Shown one piece after another: positions 10,389-20,405 of a stretch of DNA of 64,000 nucleotides. Origin of the DNA: Flavobacteriaceae bacterium (GTDB lineage: Bacteria > Bacteroidota > Bacteroidia > Flavobacteriales > Flavobacteriaceae); assembly GCA_965247735.1 (NCBI GenBank), contig CBDFHN010000002.1:2463005-2527004 (forward strand). Direction: 5' to 3'. The notes under the pieces are model-generated. The model was not told the origin of the DNA, searched no databases, and saw nothing but the letters and a program-made list of their open reading frames with translations. Position numbers and translations under genes: made by a program. How positions within the stretch are numbered: the stretch's first letter is position 1; the number at the start of each line of letters is the position of its first letter.

Positions 10389-12734
10389 ATGAAAAAAACA
10401 TTTTTTATACTTTTAGTATTTTTAAGTATCATTTCATCAACTGCACAGCAAAAACAGATCTACAAAGGTAAAATCACAGATACAAACAATACCCCATTAA
10501 TTGGTGCAGCAATTATTGCTACTATCGACTCAAAAACGGGAACTATTACCGACTCAGACGGATTATTTCAACTAGAACTTAATTCACCTAATGTAACCAT
10601 TAGTTACATGGGCTACAAAAACAGAACTGTTTCGCTTAAAACTAATTTTACAACTATTATTTTAGAAGAAGATATAGAAAACCTTGAAGGTGTGGTAATC
10701 TCTGCCAGTAGAGAAGAACAAAGAAGAGCTGAAGTTCCCGTTGCAATTACAGCCATTAGTGCAAAAAAAATAGCAGACACTAAAGCTTTCGGCATAGAAC
10801 AATTGGTAAACCAAGTACCAGGGGTTTTTATGTCTACTTCAAAAACAGCAAGTAACGAGCAACATTTTATGGCTGTAAGGACACCTATTTCTACCAAATC
10901 ATTGTTCTTATACATAGAAGATGGTATTCCAATACGTCCTACTGCGGTTTTTAATCATAATGCATTATTAGAAATGAATACTACTGCAATTGGAAGAATT
11001 GAAGTTATGAAAGGCCCTGCCTCTAGCATTTATGGAAGCGAAGCCATTGGTGGTAGCTTTAACTTTATCACCAAAAAGCCTACAAAAGAACTTAGCGGTA
11101 GCTTAGGATTTCAGATTAATGACTTAGGACTAACCCGTTATGAATTTGAAGTTTCTGACCATGTAAACGAAAATTTAGGGATATACCTAGGTACACATTA
11201 TGTACAACGCCAAGATGGACCAATTGCACATAGCAACTATGAAAAATTAGCACTTACTTTTAAAACTGTTCATAAATTTGGTCCATCTGCAGTTTGGACA
11301 AATGTTATTGACCTTGTAGACTTTAGATCAGATATGTCTGGCTCACTTAGTCAGGACGATTATACTAATGGTAATTACGAAAGCGATCAAACGTTTTCAG
11401 AAAGAGATGCGTTTTCTTTTCGTTTTAGAAGTACACTGCATAAATACTGGAACGACAACAACAAAACCGCCTTTAACCTTGTGTATAGAGACAATAGAAT
11501 GAACCAAATTCCTTCTTATAGAATTAGACAATCTAGAAACAAAGGAAAACTTACTGGTACAGGTAGTGGTGAAATTAACTCTAATCAATTTAATAGTTTT
11601 GTGGCACTTGTTCAACACAAGATAAATTTTAATGTTGCTAATTCTTCATTAATTATTGGAGCCAGCGCAGATTATTCTCCACAAGATTATGTTGCAGACA
11701 AAATTAAGGTTACTGTTGACCCTATTACTGGAAAAAACACAGATTACGACGCAAATATAAATGCACCAATACTTAATTATAATGCTGATATTTTTAACTA
11801 TGCTGGATATTTCCAATACGAGATTTCACCAATTGAAGCATTAAAAATTACTGCTGCGCTTAGATACGATCGTTTTGAATACAATTACGACAATAACATT
11901 GAAGGCACAGCAGGACCAAAGGACAGCAAAAATTACTACGATAATTTTTCTCCTAAAATAGGAATGAATTATAATTTCTCTTCCAAAGCAGGACTTTACA
12001 TCAACTATTCTAACGGATTTACACCTCCGCAAGTCTCCTCTTTATACAGAAACAAATTTGTAGGTGTTGGTGGTGATGTTTTCAACTTAAAACCTAGTAA
12101 CTATGACAACTACGAAATTGGCGGTTATGCCATGATTGCTAACAAATGGAAACTAGATGCTGCACTATATTTACTAGATGGCAAAAACACCCTGGTTACT
12201 ATGCGAGATGAAAACGACGCTTTTTTTAATGCTAATGCTGGTAAAACTAGATCTTATGGTATAGAATACGGCATTACCTATACGCCTACACCAGAACTTA
12301 GTATTAGCCACAATGGTAGCTTTGCAAAACATCGTTACATTAACTTCTTCGAAAAAGATATTGACTACAGCGATACCGATAGAAGTACTGCTCCTTCTTT
12401 ATTAGGAATGTCTAACATTACCTATAAACCCAATTTTATTAAAAACTTTGCTATTACTGCTGAGCACGAATTGGTAGGTTCTTACAATACTAGTTTTGAA
12501 AATCAGGTTAAAAACGCGGATGACACACGTAGTACAGCTACTTATGACGGACATAATATTATTAATCTACGTGCTTCATACCAATACAAAAGTTTTGAAA
12601 TATGGACACATGCTTTAAATATTTTTGACGATTTATACGCCGCAAGAGCTTCTTACAACCAATATAGAAAAGAAAACAGTTACACTATTGGTAACCCAAG
12701 AGCTTTTCATGCTGGTATAAAATTTAATTTCTAA
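10389..12734 (+). CDS. TonB-dependent outer-membrane receptor (siderophore/iron-type)
   Basis: 781 aa. Signal peptide, CarbopepD_reg-like N-terminal domain, Plug (EQLVNQVPGV...RTPISTKSLFLYIEDGIPI), a long beta-barrel region, and a C-terminal aromatic residue (ends ...KFNF). Confidence 0.85.
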   Translation: MKKTFFILLVFLSIISSTAQQKQIYKGKITDTNNTPLIGAAIIATIDSKTGTITDSDGLFQLELNSPNVTISYMGYKNRTVSLKTNFTTIILEEDIENLEGVVISASREEQRRAEVPVAITAISAKKIADTKAFGIEQLVNQVPGVFMSTSKTASNEQHFMAVRTPISTKSLFLYIEDGIPIRPTAVFNHNALLEMNTTAIGRIEVMKGPASSIYGSEAIGGSFNFITKKPTKELSGSLGFQINDLGLTRYEFEVSDHVNENLGIYLGTHYVQRQDGPIAHSNYEKLALTFKTVHKFGPSAVWTNVIDLVDFRSDMSGSLSQDDYTNGNYESDQTFSERDAFSFRFRSTLHKYWNDNNKTAFNLVYRDNRMNQIPSYRIRQSRNKGKLTGTGSGEINSNQFNSFVALVQHKINFNVANSSLIIGASADYSPQDYVADKIKVTVDPITGKNTDYDANINAPILNYNADIFNYAGYFQYEISPIEALKITAALRYDRFEYNYDNNIEGTAGPKDSKNYYDNFSPKIGMNYNFSSKAGLYINYSNGFTPPQVSSLYRNKFVGVGGDVFNLKPSNYDNYEIGGYAMIANKWKLDAALYLLDGKNTLVTMRDENDAFFNANAGKTRSYGIEYGITYTPTPELSISHNGSFAKHRYINFFEKDIDYSDTDRSTAPSLLGMSNITYKPNFIKNFAITAEHELVGSYNTSFENQVKNADDTRSTATYDGHNIINLRASYQYKSFEIWTHALNIFDDLYAARASYNQYRKENSYTIGNPRAFHAGIKFNF

Positions 12735-12793
12735 GCAAAAACACTACATGGGGAAACAGTATGTTTCTCCGTGTAGCTTTTAATAAACTAACG

Positions 12794-14032
12794 ATGAAAA
12801 AAAACGAACAACTTAACAAATGGTTGTGGAAATGGCATTTTATTGCTGGTCTTATATCACTTCCGTTTATTTTACTACTTTCTGTAACAGGGGTTATCTA
12901 TATGTTTAAAGCCGATTATGAGGCTCCAAAACAAAAGACGATTAAGGAAGTAGTAATACAAGAAAATGATACTAGCTTCCAAGACCAATGGGAAACGGCT
13001 AACAAACACGCAATAAAAAAGCCAAATGGAATGGTTATTCCTACCCAGGACAACCAAGCCACAGAGTTTGTTTCAGGGCGCTTTGGCGGAAAATCTAGTC
13101 TATATATTAACCCCTATAAAAATACTGTTTCTGGTGAAATTATCCCTAAAAACTCTTTAATGTTTAAGGTTAGAAAACTACATGGAGAATTACTATTAGG
13201 AAACTTCGGAACAAAAATAGTAGAACTTATTGCCAGTTGGATGGTAGTACTTATTCTTTCTGGTCTTTACATCTGGTGGCCAGCAAGAGGATGGAAACTT
13301 AAAGGTTTTTTTATTCCAAGATTTAAAGAAGACAAAAGAACTTTCTATAGAGATTTGCATGCTATTTTGGGATTCTGGTCATCAATAGTTCTTCTGCTAA
13401 TTTTAGCAGGTGGTTTTCCGTGGACTAGTGTTTTTGGAGATAATTTTAAACAGGTTCAAAAGATAACCAATACTGGATATCCAAGTACATGGAACGGCAA
13501 AGGCATTAACTCTTCCAAACTAACAAAAACACTTCAGTTAGATAAAGTTGTCCATATTGCAAAAAACCTAAAACTTGCTGGCGATGTAACCATTCAATTT
13601 CCGAAAGGAAAAAATGGTGTTTATCGTGTTTCTAACAGAACACCAGAACTGAATCTTCAAAAAGTACATCTTCTTGATCAATACACAGGAAAAGAAATTC
13701 TAAAACACAGCTGGGAAGACGTTGGTGTACTAATGCGTGGTAGGATGTGGCTAATGGCATTTCATCAAGGTGAATTTGGCCTCTGGAATTGGATCTTAAT
13801 TTTTAGTACAGGAATAGCGCTTATAATTTTGTGTGTGTCTGGTATTGTTTCTTATCTTCTTAGAAAAAGAAAAGGCAAATGGGGCGTACCTAAAGTGCCT
13901 GAAAATTTTAATATTGGTTACGGAATTATAAGCATTGTTCTACTACTAGGCATTGTTTTTCCATTATTCGGAATTAGTATTATTGTAATTTTTCTTATTG
14001 AGCTTTTAAGAAAAAAGCTGAGAGCTGTCTAA
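12794..14032 (+). CDS. PepSY-associated TM-helix protein (PiuB-like iron-uptake partner)
   Basis: N-terminal KWHFIAGLISLPF helix, periplasmic PepSY-like regions, and C-terminal TM helices. Immediately downstream of the TonB-dependent receptor. Start chosen at the MKKNEQ ATG (12794). Confidence 0.75.
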   Translation: MKKNEQLNKWLWKWHFIAGLISLPFILLLSVTGVIYMFKADYEAPKQKTIKEVVIQENDTSFQDQWETANKHAIKKPNGMVIPTQDNQATEFVSGRFGGKSSLYINPYKNTVSGEIIPKNSLMFKVRKLHGELLLGNFGTKIVELIASWMVVLILSGLYIWWPARGWKLKGFFIPRFKEDKRTFYRDLHAILGFWSSIVLLLILAGGFPWTSVFGDNFKQVQKITNTGYPSTWNGKGINSSKLTKTLQLDKVVHIAKNLKLAGDVTIQFPKGKNGVYRVSNRTPELNLQKVHLLDQYTGKEILKHSWEDVGVLMRGRMWLMAFHQGEFGLWNWILIFSTGIALIILCVSGIVSYLLRKRKGKWGVPKVPENFNIGYGIISIVLLLGIVFPLFGISIIVIFLIELLRKKLRAV

Positions 14033-14044
14033 AAACAAACAATA

Positions 14045-14081
14045 CAACCACATTTGATCTATTTTTGATTGGGTGTGGTTG
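14045..14081. terminator. Hairpin (caaccaca/tgtggttg) between the convergent PepSY-protein and gldD genes. Weak terminator candidate.
   Basis: 8-bp inverted repeat with a ~21-nt loop. Confidence 0.3.
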
Positions 14082-14143
14082 TTACTCATAATCAATCATT
14101 AAAAATTATTCCAATAAAAACAATACTCTTTTACTACCCAACC

Positions 14144-14701
14144 CTACTCCCTCCATCGCAAAGATTCCATAATAATACGCATGTCTTTTTTAAGATAGGC
14201 TGCGGCTGGTAAAATAGAATCGTAATTGGGTTTTGTATTAAAATACAATGCTCCTGTTAAAAAATGATTGGTACTATCTGTTACAAAAAACTGAGCTTGA
14301 GAAGCGGCATTACCATCTACTTCATGAAAAACCCCATATACCTTATCTTCTGGGTTTTCAAAAACTTCTGGACGGATTCCATCTGCTTTCACTGTATGGT
14401 CATAGGTTAGTTTTTCTGCATCAATAACCAGCTTTTTTAGATTACCATCAACCTTTTTATAGGTAATAAAAATAGTTCCATTCATATTAGGATATCTAAT
14501 CTCAATATCACAATTATTATTACTTTTGGTAACTGCTAAAGCATTAACATCAAAACTATAGTTACAATTCTGGCTAAGCTCCATATATTTAGCTTGAGGG
14601 TATTCTAGTCGTAATTGTGCTTTTGGTTTTGGCAAGGTATCTTCTTTGCAGCTAAATACTATACTAAGCACCAACAAGCAAACCAAGGTCTTAATTTTCA
14701 T
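14144..14701 (-). CDS. gldD: Gliding-motility lipoprotein GldD
   Basis: 185 aa. Lipoprotein signal (LSIVFSC). Located directly downstream of a CNNM/CorC-type protein in the published F. johnsoniae order mutY-ssb-gldE-gldD. Confidence 0.75.
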   Translation of the reverse strand: MKIKTLVCLLVLSIVFSCKEDTLPKPKAQLRLEYPQAKYMELSQNCNYSFDVNALAVTKSNNNCDIEIRYPNMNGTIFITYKKVDGNLKKLVIDAEKLTYDHTVKADGIRPEVFENPEDKVYGVFHEVDGNAASQAQFFVTDSTNHFLTGALYFNTKPNYDSILPAAAYLKKDMRIIMESLRWRE

Positions 14702-16004
14702 TTGGCAATGTGATTTTTATTTGTTTTATTCTTTTTTTAGTCAATGCTTCCACTTCAAAAACATAATCATCAAACAATATTTTATCTCCTTTTTTCGGGA
14801 AACTTCCTGCTATTTCTAATATCAACCCTGCTATAGTTTCTGATTCTCCTTTTTGCTCTTCAAACAAACTATCATCTTCTATTTTTAGCACTCGGTAAAA
14901 ATCTTTTAATGCTGTTTTCCCTTCAAAAATATAATTAAAATCATCTAGCTTAGAAAACACCAAATCTTCATCGTCAAACTCATCACTAATATCTCCAACA
15001 ATTTCTTCTATAATATCTTCCAAAGTTACCAAACCAGATGTTCCTCCGTATTCATCTACCACAATAGCTACATGGTTTTTCTTCTCTCTGAATTCTAGCA
15101 ATAAATCATCCAGTTTTTTGTTTTCAGGTATAAAATATGGGTCGCGTTTTAAGGCTACCCAATCAAACGCTTTTTCATCTAGATATGGCAATAAATCCTT
15201 AACATGCAACACTCCTGTAACGGTATCTATATTTTCTGCAAAAACTGGTATTCTAGAAAACCCTTGCCGTTTTACTTCTTGCAATACTTCTTCAAACTTC
15301 ATCTCTTCATTAAGCCCAAAAACATCTATTCTCGGACACATTACTTGTCTTGCATCTGTATTTCCAAAGGTAACTATGCCTTCTAACATTTTTTGCTCTT
15401 CCTTAGTAGTATCCCCTTTTGAAGCCAACTCTAAAGCTTGTGACAATTGATTTACCGATAAATTCTGCTTTTGTTTTCCTAGTCTTCTATTTAAAAATAA
15501 AATAGCAGTCTTCATAGGCCCGCTTAATGGAGTAAGCATTACATTTAGAATACTTAATGGATATGCCATAAAATAAGAAAAAGTAATACTATTTCTATTG
15601 GCATAAATTTTTGGAAGGATCTCTCCAAATATCAAAATTAAAAAAGCGATTACGACTACTTCCAATAAAAACTTTAGCCAGCTTATACTTATCGCTCCAA
15701 ACAAAACATCACCTAAAGATGCAAAAAGTAAAACTATAGCAATATTTATAAAATTATTGGCTACTAAGATTGTTGCTAGTAATTTTTTTGGCTTGCCAAG
15801 CAAACGCACTACAATATTTCCTTTAGTCGTATTTTTTTCTCTAATAGTATTGACATCGGTTACCGACAACGAAAAAAAAGCTACTTCTGCTCCAGAAATC
15901 AATGCAGAACAAAAAAGCAATATTAAAAGCGCCACAATTTTTAATATTACAATACTATCAACTATTAAAAACAAATAATACAAACTGTAGGGATCAGGAT
16001 CCAA
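14691..16004 (-). CDS. gldE: Gliding-motility protein GldE (DUF21-CBS-CorC_HlyC transporter-like)
   Basis: 437 aa. N-terminal DUF21 membrane domain, CBS pair, and a C-terminal CorC/HlyC transporter-associated domain. Overlaps gldD by 11 nt. Confidence 0.8.
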   Translation of the reverse strand: MDPDPYSLYYLFLIVDSIVILKIVALLILLFCSALISGAEVAFFSLSVTDVNTIREKNTTKGNIVVRLLGKPKKLLATILVANNFINIAIVLLFASLGDVLFGAISISWLKFLLEVVVIAFLILIFGEILPKIYANRNSITFSYFMAYPLSILNVMLTPLSGPMKTAILFLNRRLGKQKQNLSVNQLSQALELASKGDTTKEEQKMLEGIVTFGNTDARQVMCPRIDVFGLNEEMKFEEVLQEVKRQGFSRIPVFAENIDTVTGVLHVKDLLPYLDEKAFDWVALKRDPYFIPENKKLDDLLLEFREKKNHVAIVVDEYGGTSGLVTLEDIIEEIVGDISDEFDDEDLVFSKLDDFNYIFEGKTALKDFYRVLKIEDDSLFEEQKGESETIAGLILEIAGSFPKKGDKILFDDYVFEVEALTKKRIKQIKITLPNEN

Positions 16005-16025
16005 TAGCGCTAATTTTAGTTAAGT

Positions 16026-16487
16026 TTAAAAGGGAAGATCATCTTCTTCTTCCTTAGAATTGGGTTCAGTGTTTGTAGAAACATTTCCTGTATCTTTTGT
16101 TGAAACTTGTTGTTCTTTCGAAGAAGGAGCAGCTCCTTGTTGTCCATCTCCTTTTGTAGAAAGAAAAGTAAAATCTACAACATGTATCTCGGTAGAATAT
16201 CTATTATTACCATCTTCGCCTTGCCATTGTCTGGTTTTTAACCTGCCTTCTACATAAACCTTATCTCCTTTACTTAGGTATTTTTCACAAATTTCTGCAG
16301 CTTTATTTCTAACCACCACATTATGCCATTCTGTATTTGTAATACGCTCTCCAGTCTGCTTATTGGTATAAGATTCATTAGTTGCTATAGGAAAACGACC
16401 TAAGCAATTGCCACCATCAAAATAATGCATCTTAACTTCATCTCCTAAATGCCCTATTAGCATTACCTTATTTAGTGTACCACTCAT
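16026..16487 (-). CDS. ssb: Single-stranded DNA-binding protein
   Basis: OB-fold N-terminus (KVMLIGHLGDEV...), a Gly/Gln-rich linker, and the acidic C-terminal tail DDLPF. Confidence 0.9.
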   Translation of the reverse strand: MSGTLNKVMLIGHLGDEVKMHYFDGGNCLGRFPIATNESYTNKQTGERITNTEWHNVVVRNKAAEICEKYLSKGDKVYVEGRLKTRQWQGEDGNNRYSTEIHVVDFTFLSTKGDGQQGAAPSSKEQQVSTKDTGNVSTNTEPNSKEEEDDLPF

Positions 16488-16530
16488 AATTATATCTGTA
16501 TCATATCAAATGTACTAAATAATTGAAACA

Positions 16531-17571
16531 TTAAAAACCAAAAGCTGTTATAAAATTAGCAATCAATATTGGTACAGGTAATTCCTTAGCCATCTTTGTT
16601 GAAATACCATTGGGCAAGTCAGTTTTTACCTCTACTATCCAAAACCTGGTATGTATATGTTGATGCGATAATTTATGTATAATTACCTTATCATTATACA
16701 TACTAATATTTGTCTCAGCTATTAATTCATCATTTACGGCTAACAATAATTCTTCTTTTTCAACAGTATTAGTTGTTTCTACCAAAGGGAATTCGTACAA
16801 TTCCTGCCATATACCTTTCCCTTTTCGTTGGTTCATTAATGTATTTCCTAAAGCATCTCGAAACACCAAATAATTAAAAAAACGATTCTTAACTTTTACT
16901 TTTTTCAATTTTACAGGCAAATCATTTACCAACTTTTTTTGCAAAGACACACAACTATCATTTAAGGGACATACAGTACAATTTGGACTTTTGGGCTTAC
17001 ACTGTTTTGCCCCAAACTCCATTATTGCTTGATTGTATGTACCTGAAGATTTTACATCCAACATCTTAAAAGCTAATTTTTTAAAATATTTAATCCCTTC
17101 TGTGCTATTTATTGGAATAGCTACTCCAAAATAACGAGACAATACCCTATACACATTGCCATCTACAACAGATACTGCCTCTTCATAACATATAGATGCA
17201 ATGGCACTAGCAGTATAATCTCCTACTCCTTTTAACTCTAAAAGCTCTTTATAGCTACCGGGAAACACCCCTTTTAGTTCTTTTGAAATAAACTTTGCTG
17301 TAAAATGCAAATTTCTTGCTCTGGAGTAATAACCTAGTCCTTGCCACAATTTTAACACTTCTTCTTCGCCTGCATTAGCCAAATCATGAATAGTGGGAAA
17401 AGCAGACTCAAAAGCCAAATAATACGGCATACCCTGCTCTACTCTAGTTTGTTGCAGCATTATTTCTGACAACCAAATCTTATATGGATCGTTTGTTTTT
17501 CTCCATGGCAAATCACGTTTATTTATGGCGTACCATTTCATCAAAATCACTGAAAAATAAGGGCTTATCAA
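16531..17571 (-). CDS. mutY: A/G-specific adenine DNA glycosylase MutY
   Basis: HhH-GPD domain (WYAINKRDLPWR, LPGVGDYTA) and an FeS-cluster Cys loop (CKPKSPNCTVCPLNDSC). The true start may be the internal MKWY ATG at 17541. Confidence 0.85.
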   Translation of the reverse strand: MISPYFSVILMKWYAINKRDLPWRKTNDPYKIWLSEIMLQQTRVEQGMPYYLAFESAFPTIHDLANAGEEEVLKLWQGLGYYSRARNLHFTAKFISKELKGVFPGSYKELLELKGVGDYTASAIASICYEEAVSVVDGNVYRVLSRYFGVAIPINSTEGIKYFKKLAFKMLDVKSSGTYNQAIMEFGAKQCKPKSPNCTVCPLNDSCVSLQKKLVNDLPVKLKKVKVKNRFFNYLVFRDALGNTLMNQRKGKGIWQELYEFPLVETTNTVEKEELLLAVNDELIAETNISMYNDKVIIHKLSHQHIHTRFWIVEVKTDLPNGISTKMAKELPVPILIANFITAFGF

Positions 17572-17702
17572 AATATTTATTTACCTTTAAAGTTTATATA
17601 GTTAAAATTAAGTTGTTTAGGATACAAAGATGTCCAATTAATTCTTATATTTGCACACCTTTTTAAAAAATATAAATAGCGAACAAACAATTTATAACAA
17701 CA

Positions 17703-17993
17703 ATGACGAAAGCAGATATTGTAGCGAAAATTTCAGAGAAATTAGGAATGGAAAAAGGCGATGTACAGGCAACTGTAGAATCCTTTATGGACGAAGTTAA
17801 GACATCTTTAGAGAGTGGAGATAATGTTTACTTAAGAGGTTTTGGAAGTTTTATTATTAAAACTAGAGCCGAAAAAACTGGAAGAAACATTTCTAAAAAC
17901 ACAACTATTAAGATTCCAGCACATAACATTCCAGCATTTAAACCTGCAAAAGTGTTTATTGAAGGAGTAAAGAGTAATGTAACAATAAAATAA
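17703..17993 (+). CDS. HU/IHF-family nucleoid DNA-binding protein
   Basis: 96 aa. GFGSF beta-arm motif and RNPKTG-like region (RAEKTGRN). Confidence 0.9.
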   Translation: MTKADIVAKISEKLGMEKGDVQATVESFMDEVKTSLESGDNVYLRGFGSFIIKTRAEKTGRNISKNTTIKIPAHNIPAFKPAKVFIEGVKSNVTIK

Positions 17994-18019
17994 TATTAAC
18001 CATTTAAACTACACGCACT

Positions 18020-18109
18020 ATGCCAAGTGGTAAAAAAAGAAAAAGACATAAGGTAGCTACGCACAAGCGTAAGAAAAGAAGAAGAGCTAACCGCCACAAG
18101 AAAAAGTAG
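18020..18109 (+). CDS. 29-aa highly basic small ORF (MPSGKKRKRHKVATHKRKKRRRANRHKKK). Candidate bS22-like small ribosomal protein. Not in the ORF track.
   Basis: ATG at 18020, stop TAG at 18107. Sits between the HU gene and the RNase E/G gene, and its stop is embedded in a terminator hairpin. Composition matches the Arg/Lys-rich 30-33-aa bS22 proteins reported in mycobacterial and Bacteroidetes ribosomes. Confidence 0.4.
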   Translation: MPSGKKRKRHKVATHKRKKRRRANRHKKK

Positions 18110-18134
18110 TTTTAAACTACTTTTTCTTTTTTTT
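18101..18134 (+). terminator. Rho-independent terminator after the small basic ORF
   Basis: aaagtagttt/aaactacttt inverted repeat followed by a T-run. Confidence 0.4.
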
Positions 18135-18244
18135 AAGTTCATTGAAATAGAAACCAAAAAAAGGTTTCGACGGGTACAAACACCCGTGAAAATTTTGTTT
18201 AACCCTTTTATTCGATATTTCGAATAAATACAAATTGAATCAGA

Positions 18245-19792
18245 GTGAATAGAGAATTGATCGTAAGATCTGGTTCCTCTGACGTCGATTTTGCCTTACT
18301 CAAGGAAGGAAAACTAATAGAATTACACAAAGAAGAAGAACAAAACGGATTTGCCGTTGGCGATGTTATGATTGCCAAAATTCGGAAACCTGTTTCTGGG
18401 CTTAACGCTGCTTTTGTAAATGTAGGCTATGAAAAAGATGCCTTTTTACATTATCACGATTTAGGACCACAATTATCTTCAATGTTAAAATTTATCAAGC
18501 GTGTAAGCACTGGTAAATTAAAAGATTATTCGTTAACCAACTTTCCATTTGATGAAGATATAGATAAAAATGGTGCTATTAATGACGTCATTAAAGCCAA
18601 CCAATCTATATTAGTGCAAATTGTAAAAGAGCCAATATCAACAAAAGGACCACGTATAAGTTCAGAAATATCTATTGCTGGACGTTATATTGTTTTGGTT
18701 CCTTTTTCTAATCGTATTTCTGTCTCTCAAAAGATAGAAAGTAGAGAAGAAAAAGATCGTTTAAAAAGGCTTGTAAAAAGCATCAAACCAAAAGGTTTTG
18801 GTGTTATTATACGTACAGTTGCAGAAGGCAAAAAAGTCGCCGAACTAGACAAAGATTTACACGACCTTATTGAAAAATGGGGAAAAATGTGTAGCAAACT
18901 CTACAAAGCACCACATCCATCCAAAGTGATGAATGAGATGAATAGAGCAGCATCTATATTGAGAGATATATTTAATGACTCATTTACTGGAATACATGTA
19001 GACAACGAGACGCTTTTTTATCAGATAAAAGAATATCTGAGCGAAATAGCGCCTAAAAAAGAATCTATAGTTAAGTTGTATAGTTCAAATGTTCCAATTT
19101 ATGAAAAATTTGGAATTGAAAGACAAATTAAAACATCATTCGGAAAAACAGCTTCTATGCAAAAAGGAGCTTACCTTGTTATAGAACACACAGAAGCATT
19201 ACATGTTATTGATGTAAACAGCGGAAACCGTTCTAACAAAGCTAAAACCCAAGAAGGTACTGCCCTAGAGGTAAACATATTGGCAGCTTCAGAAATAGCA
19301 AGACAACTTCGTTTGAGAGACATGGGAGGGATTATTGTTGTTGATTTTATCGACATGACAAATCCTGACAACAGACGCGAACTCTTCAATCATCTTAAAG
19401 AAGAAATGAAAGATGATAGAGCTAAGCACAAAATTCTGCCCCCAAGTAAATTTGGACTTATACAAATTACTAGACAAAGAGTACGGCCAGAAGTAAATAT
19501 TAAAACTATGGAGAAGAACCCTAACGGGGCTCCAGGAGAAGTTGAAGCTCCAATAGTATTGATAGAAAAAATTGCTTCCGACCTAGACAAAATCATTAGT
19601 GGAAAAAGAGGTGATGATGGTATTATTTTAAATATACATCCATTTATTGCCGCTTATTTAACTAAAGGATATTCATCTATACGTTTTCAATGGTTTTTAG
19701 ACCATAAAAAATGGGTGAAAATAACACCTAGAGATGCGTATACATATCTAGAATACCGCTTTAAAAACAAAAGCGGAAAAACCATATACTAA
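18245..19792 (+). CDS. rng: Ribonuclease E/G family endoribonuclease (Rng/Rne catalytic-domain-only form)
   Basis: 515 aa. S1 domain, then DNase-I-like and Zn-link regions of RNase E/G (VDFIDM, ...). Confidence 0.85.
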   Translation: MNRELIVRSGSSDVDFALLKEGKLIELHKEEEQNGFAVGDVMIAKIRKPVSGLNAAFVNVGYEKDAFLHYHDLGPQLSSMLKFIKRVSTGKLKDYSLTNFPFDEDIDKNGAINDVIKANQSILVQIVKEPISTKGPRISSEISIAGRYIVLVPFSNRISVSQKIESREEKDRLKRLVKSIKPKGFGVIIRTVAEGKKVAELDKDLHDLIEKWGKMCSKLYKAPHPSKVMNEMNRAASILRDIFNDSFTGIHVDNETLFYQIKEYLSEIAPKKESIVKLYSSNVPIYEKFGIERQIKTSFGKTASMQKGAYLVIEHTEALHVIDVNSGNRSNKAKTQEGTALEVNILAASEIARQLRLRDMGGIIVVDFIDMTNPDNRRELFNHLKEEMKDDRAKHKILPPSKFGLIQITRQRVRPEVNIKTMEKNPNGAPGEVEAPIVLIEKIASDLDKIISGKRGDDGIILNIHPFIAAYLTKGYSSIRFQWFLDHKKWVKITPRDAYTYLEYRFKNKSGKTIY

Positions 19793-19796
19793 AAAA

Positions 19797-19828
19797 AACC
19801 ACGCCCTTAAAAGCGTGGTTTTTTTTTA
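19797..19828 (+). terminator. Rho-independent terminator of rng
   Basis: aaccacgc..gcgtggtt stem followed by T9. Confidence 0.7.
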
Positions 19829-19842
19829 CCTGACCACTACTA

Positions 19843-20319
19843 ATGCATTTAAAAAAAAATAGCTACACTGTAGCCGAAGCCACCAAAAAATTAGAGCACT
19901 ATTGTGCTTATCAGGATCGTTGCCATAAAGAAGTTACTCAAAAACTAAGGCAGCTAAACATGATCCCTGAGGCTATTGCTCATATTATTTCTCACCTCAT
20001 TCAACACAAATTCCTTAATGAAGAACGCTTCGCAAAAGCATTTGCCAGAGGTAAATTTCGTTTTAAAAAATGGGGAAGACAACGCATCACCAGAGAACTA
20101 AAATTTAGAGACATCTCCGCATACAATATTAAAACGGCACTTAAAGAAATTGACAATACCGAGTATCTAGAAACTTTAGAAGAAATAGCTCAAAAAAGAT
20201 TAGACAGTCTTAAAGAAACCGATATAAGAAAACGCAAAAAAAAACTATTTGACTATCTCGCATATCGAGGTTGGGAAACCCATCTCATTTATGAAATCAC
20301 CAACAGTCTTGTCAAATAA
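19843..20319 (+). CDS. recX: Recombination regulator RecX
   Basis: 158 aa. Three-helix RecX repeats (CAYQDRCHKEV, RFAKAFARGKFRFKKWGRQRI..). Confidence 0.8.
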   Translation: MHLKKNSYTVAEATKKLEHYCAYQDRCHKEVTQKLRQLNMIPEAIAHIISHLIQHKFLNEERFAKAFARGKFRFKKWGRQRITRELKFRDISAYNIKTALKEIDNTEYLETLEEIAQKRLDSLKETDIRKRKKKLFDYLAYRGWETHLIYEITNSLVK

Positions 20320-20334
20320 AAAAATTAGACGCAT

Positions 20335-20370
20335 AAAAAAAGAGACCAATTACTTAGTCTCTTTTCTCTA
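20335..20370. terminator. Bidirectional terminator hairpin between the convergent recX and bioB genes
   Basis: aaagagac...gtctcttt stem flanked by A/T runs. Confidence 0.45.
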
Positions 20371-20405
20371 TTTTATTTCAACGAAAAACGCCAAAGCCAA
20401 GTTAT

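Noticed and set aside
15118-15450. 110-aa and 60-aa plus-strand ORFs
   Set aside because: Embedded antisense in gldE. Spurious.
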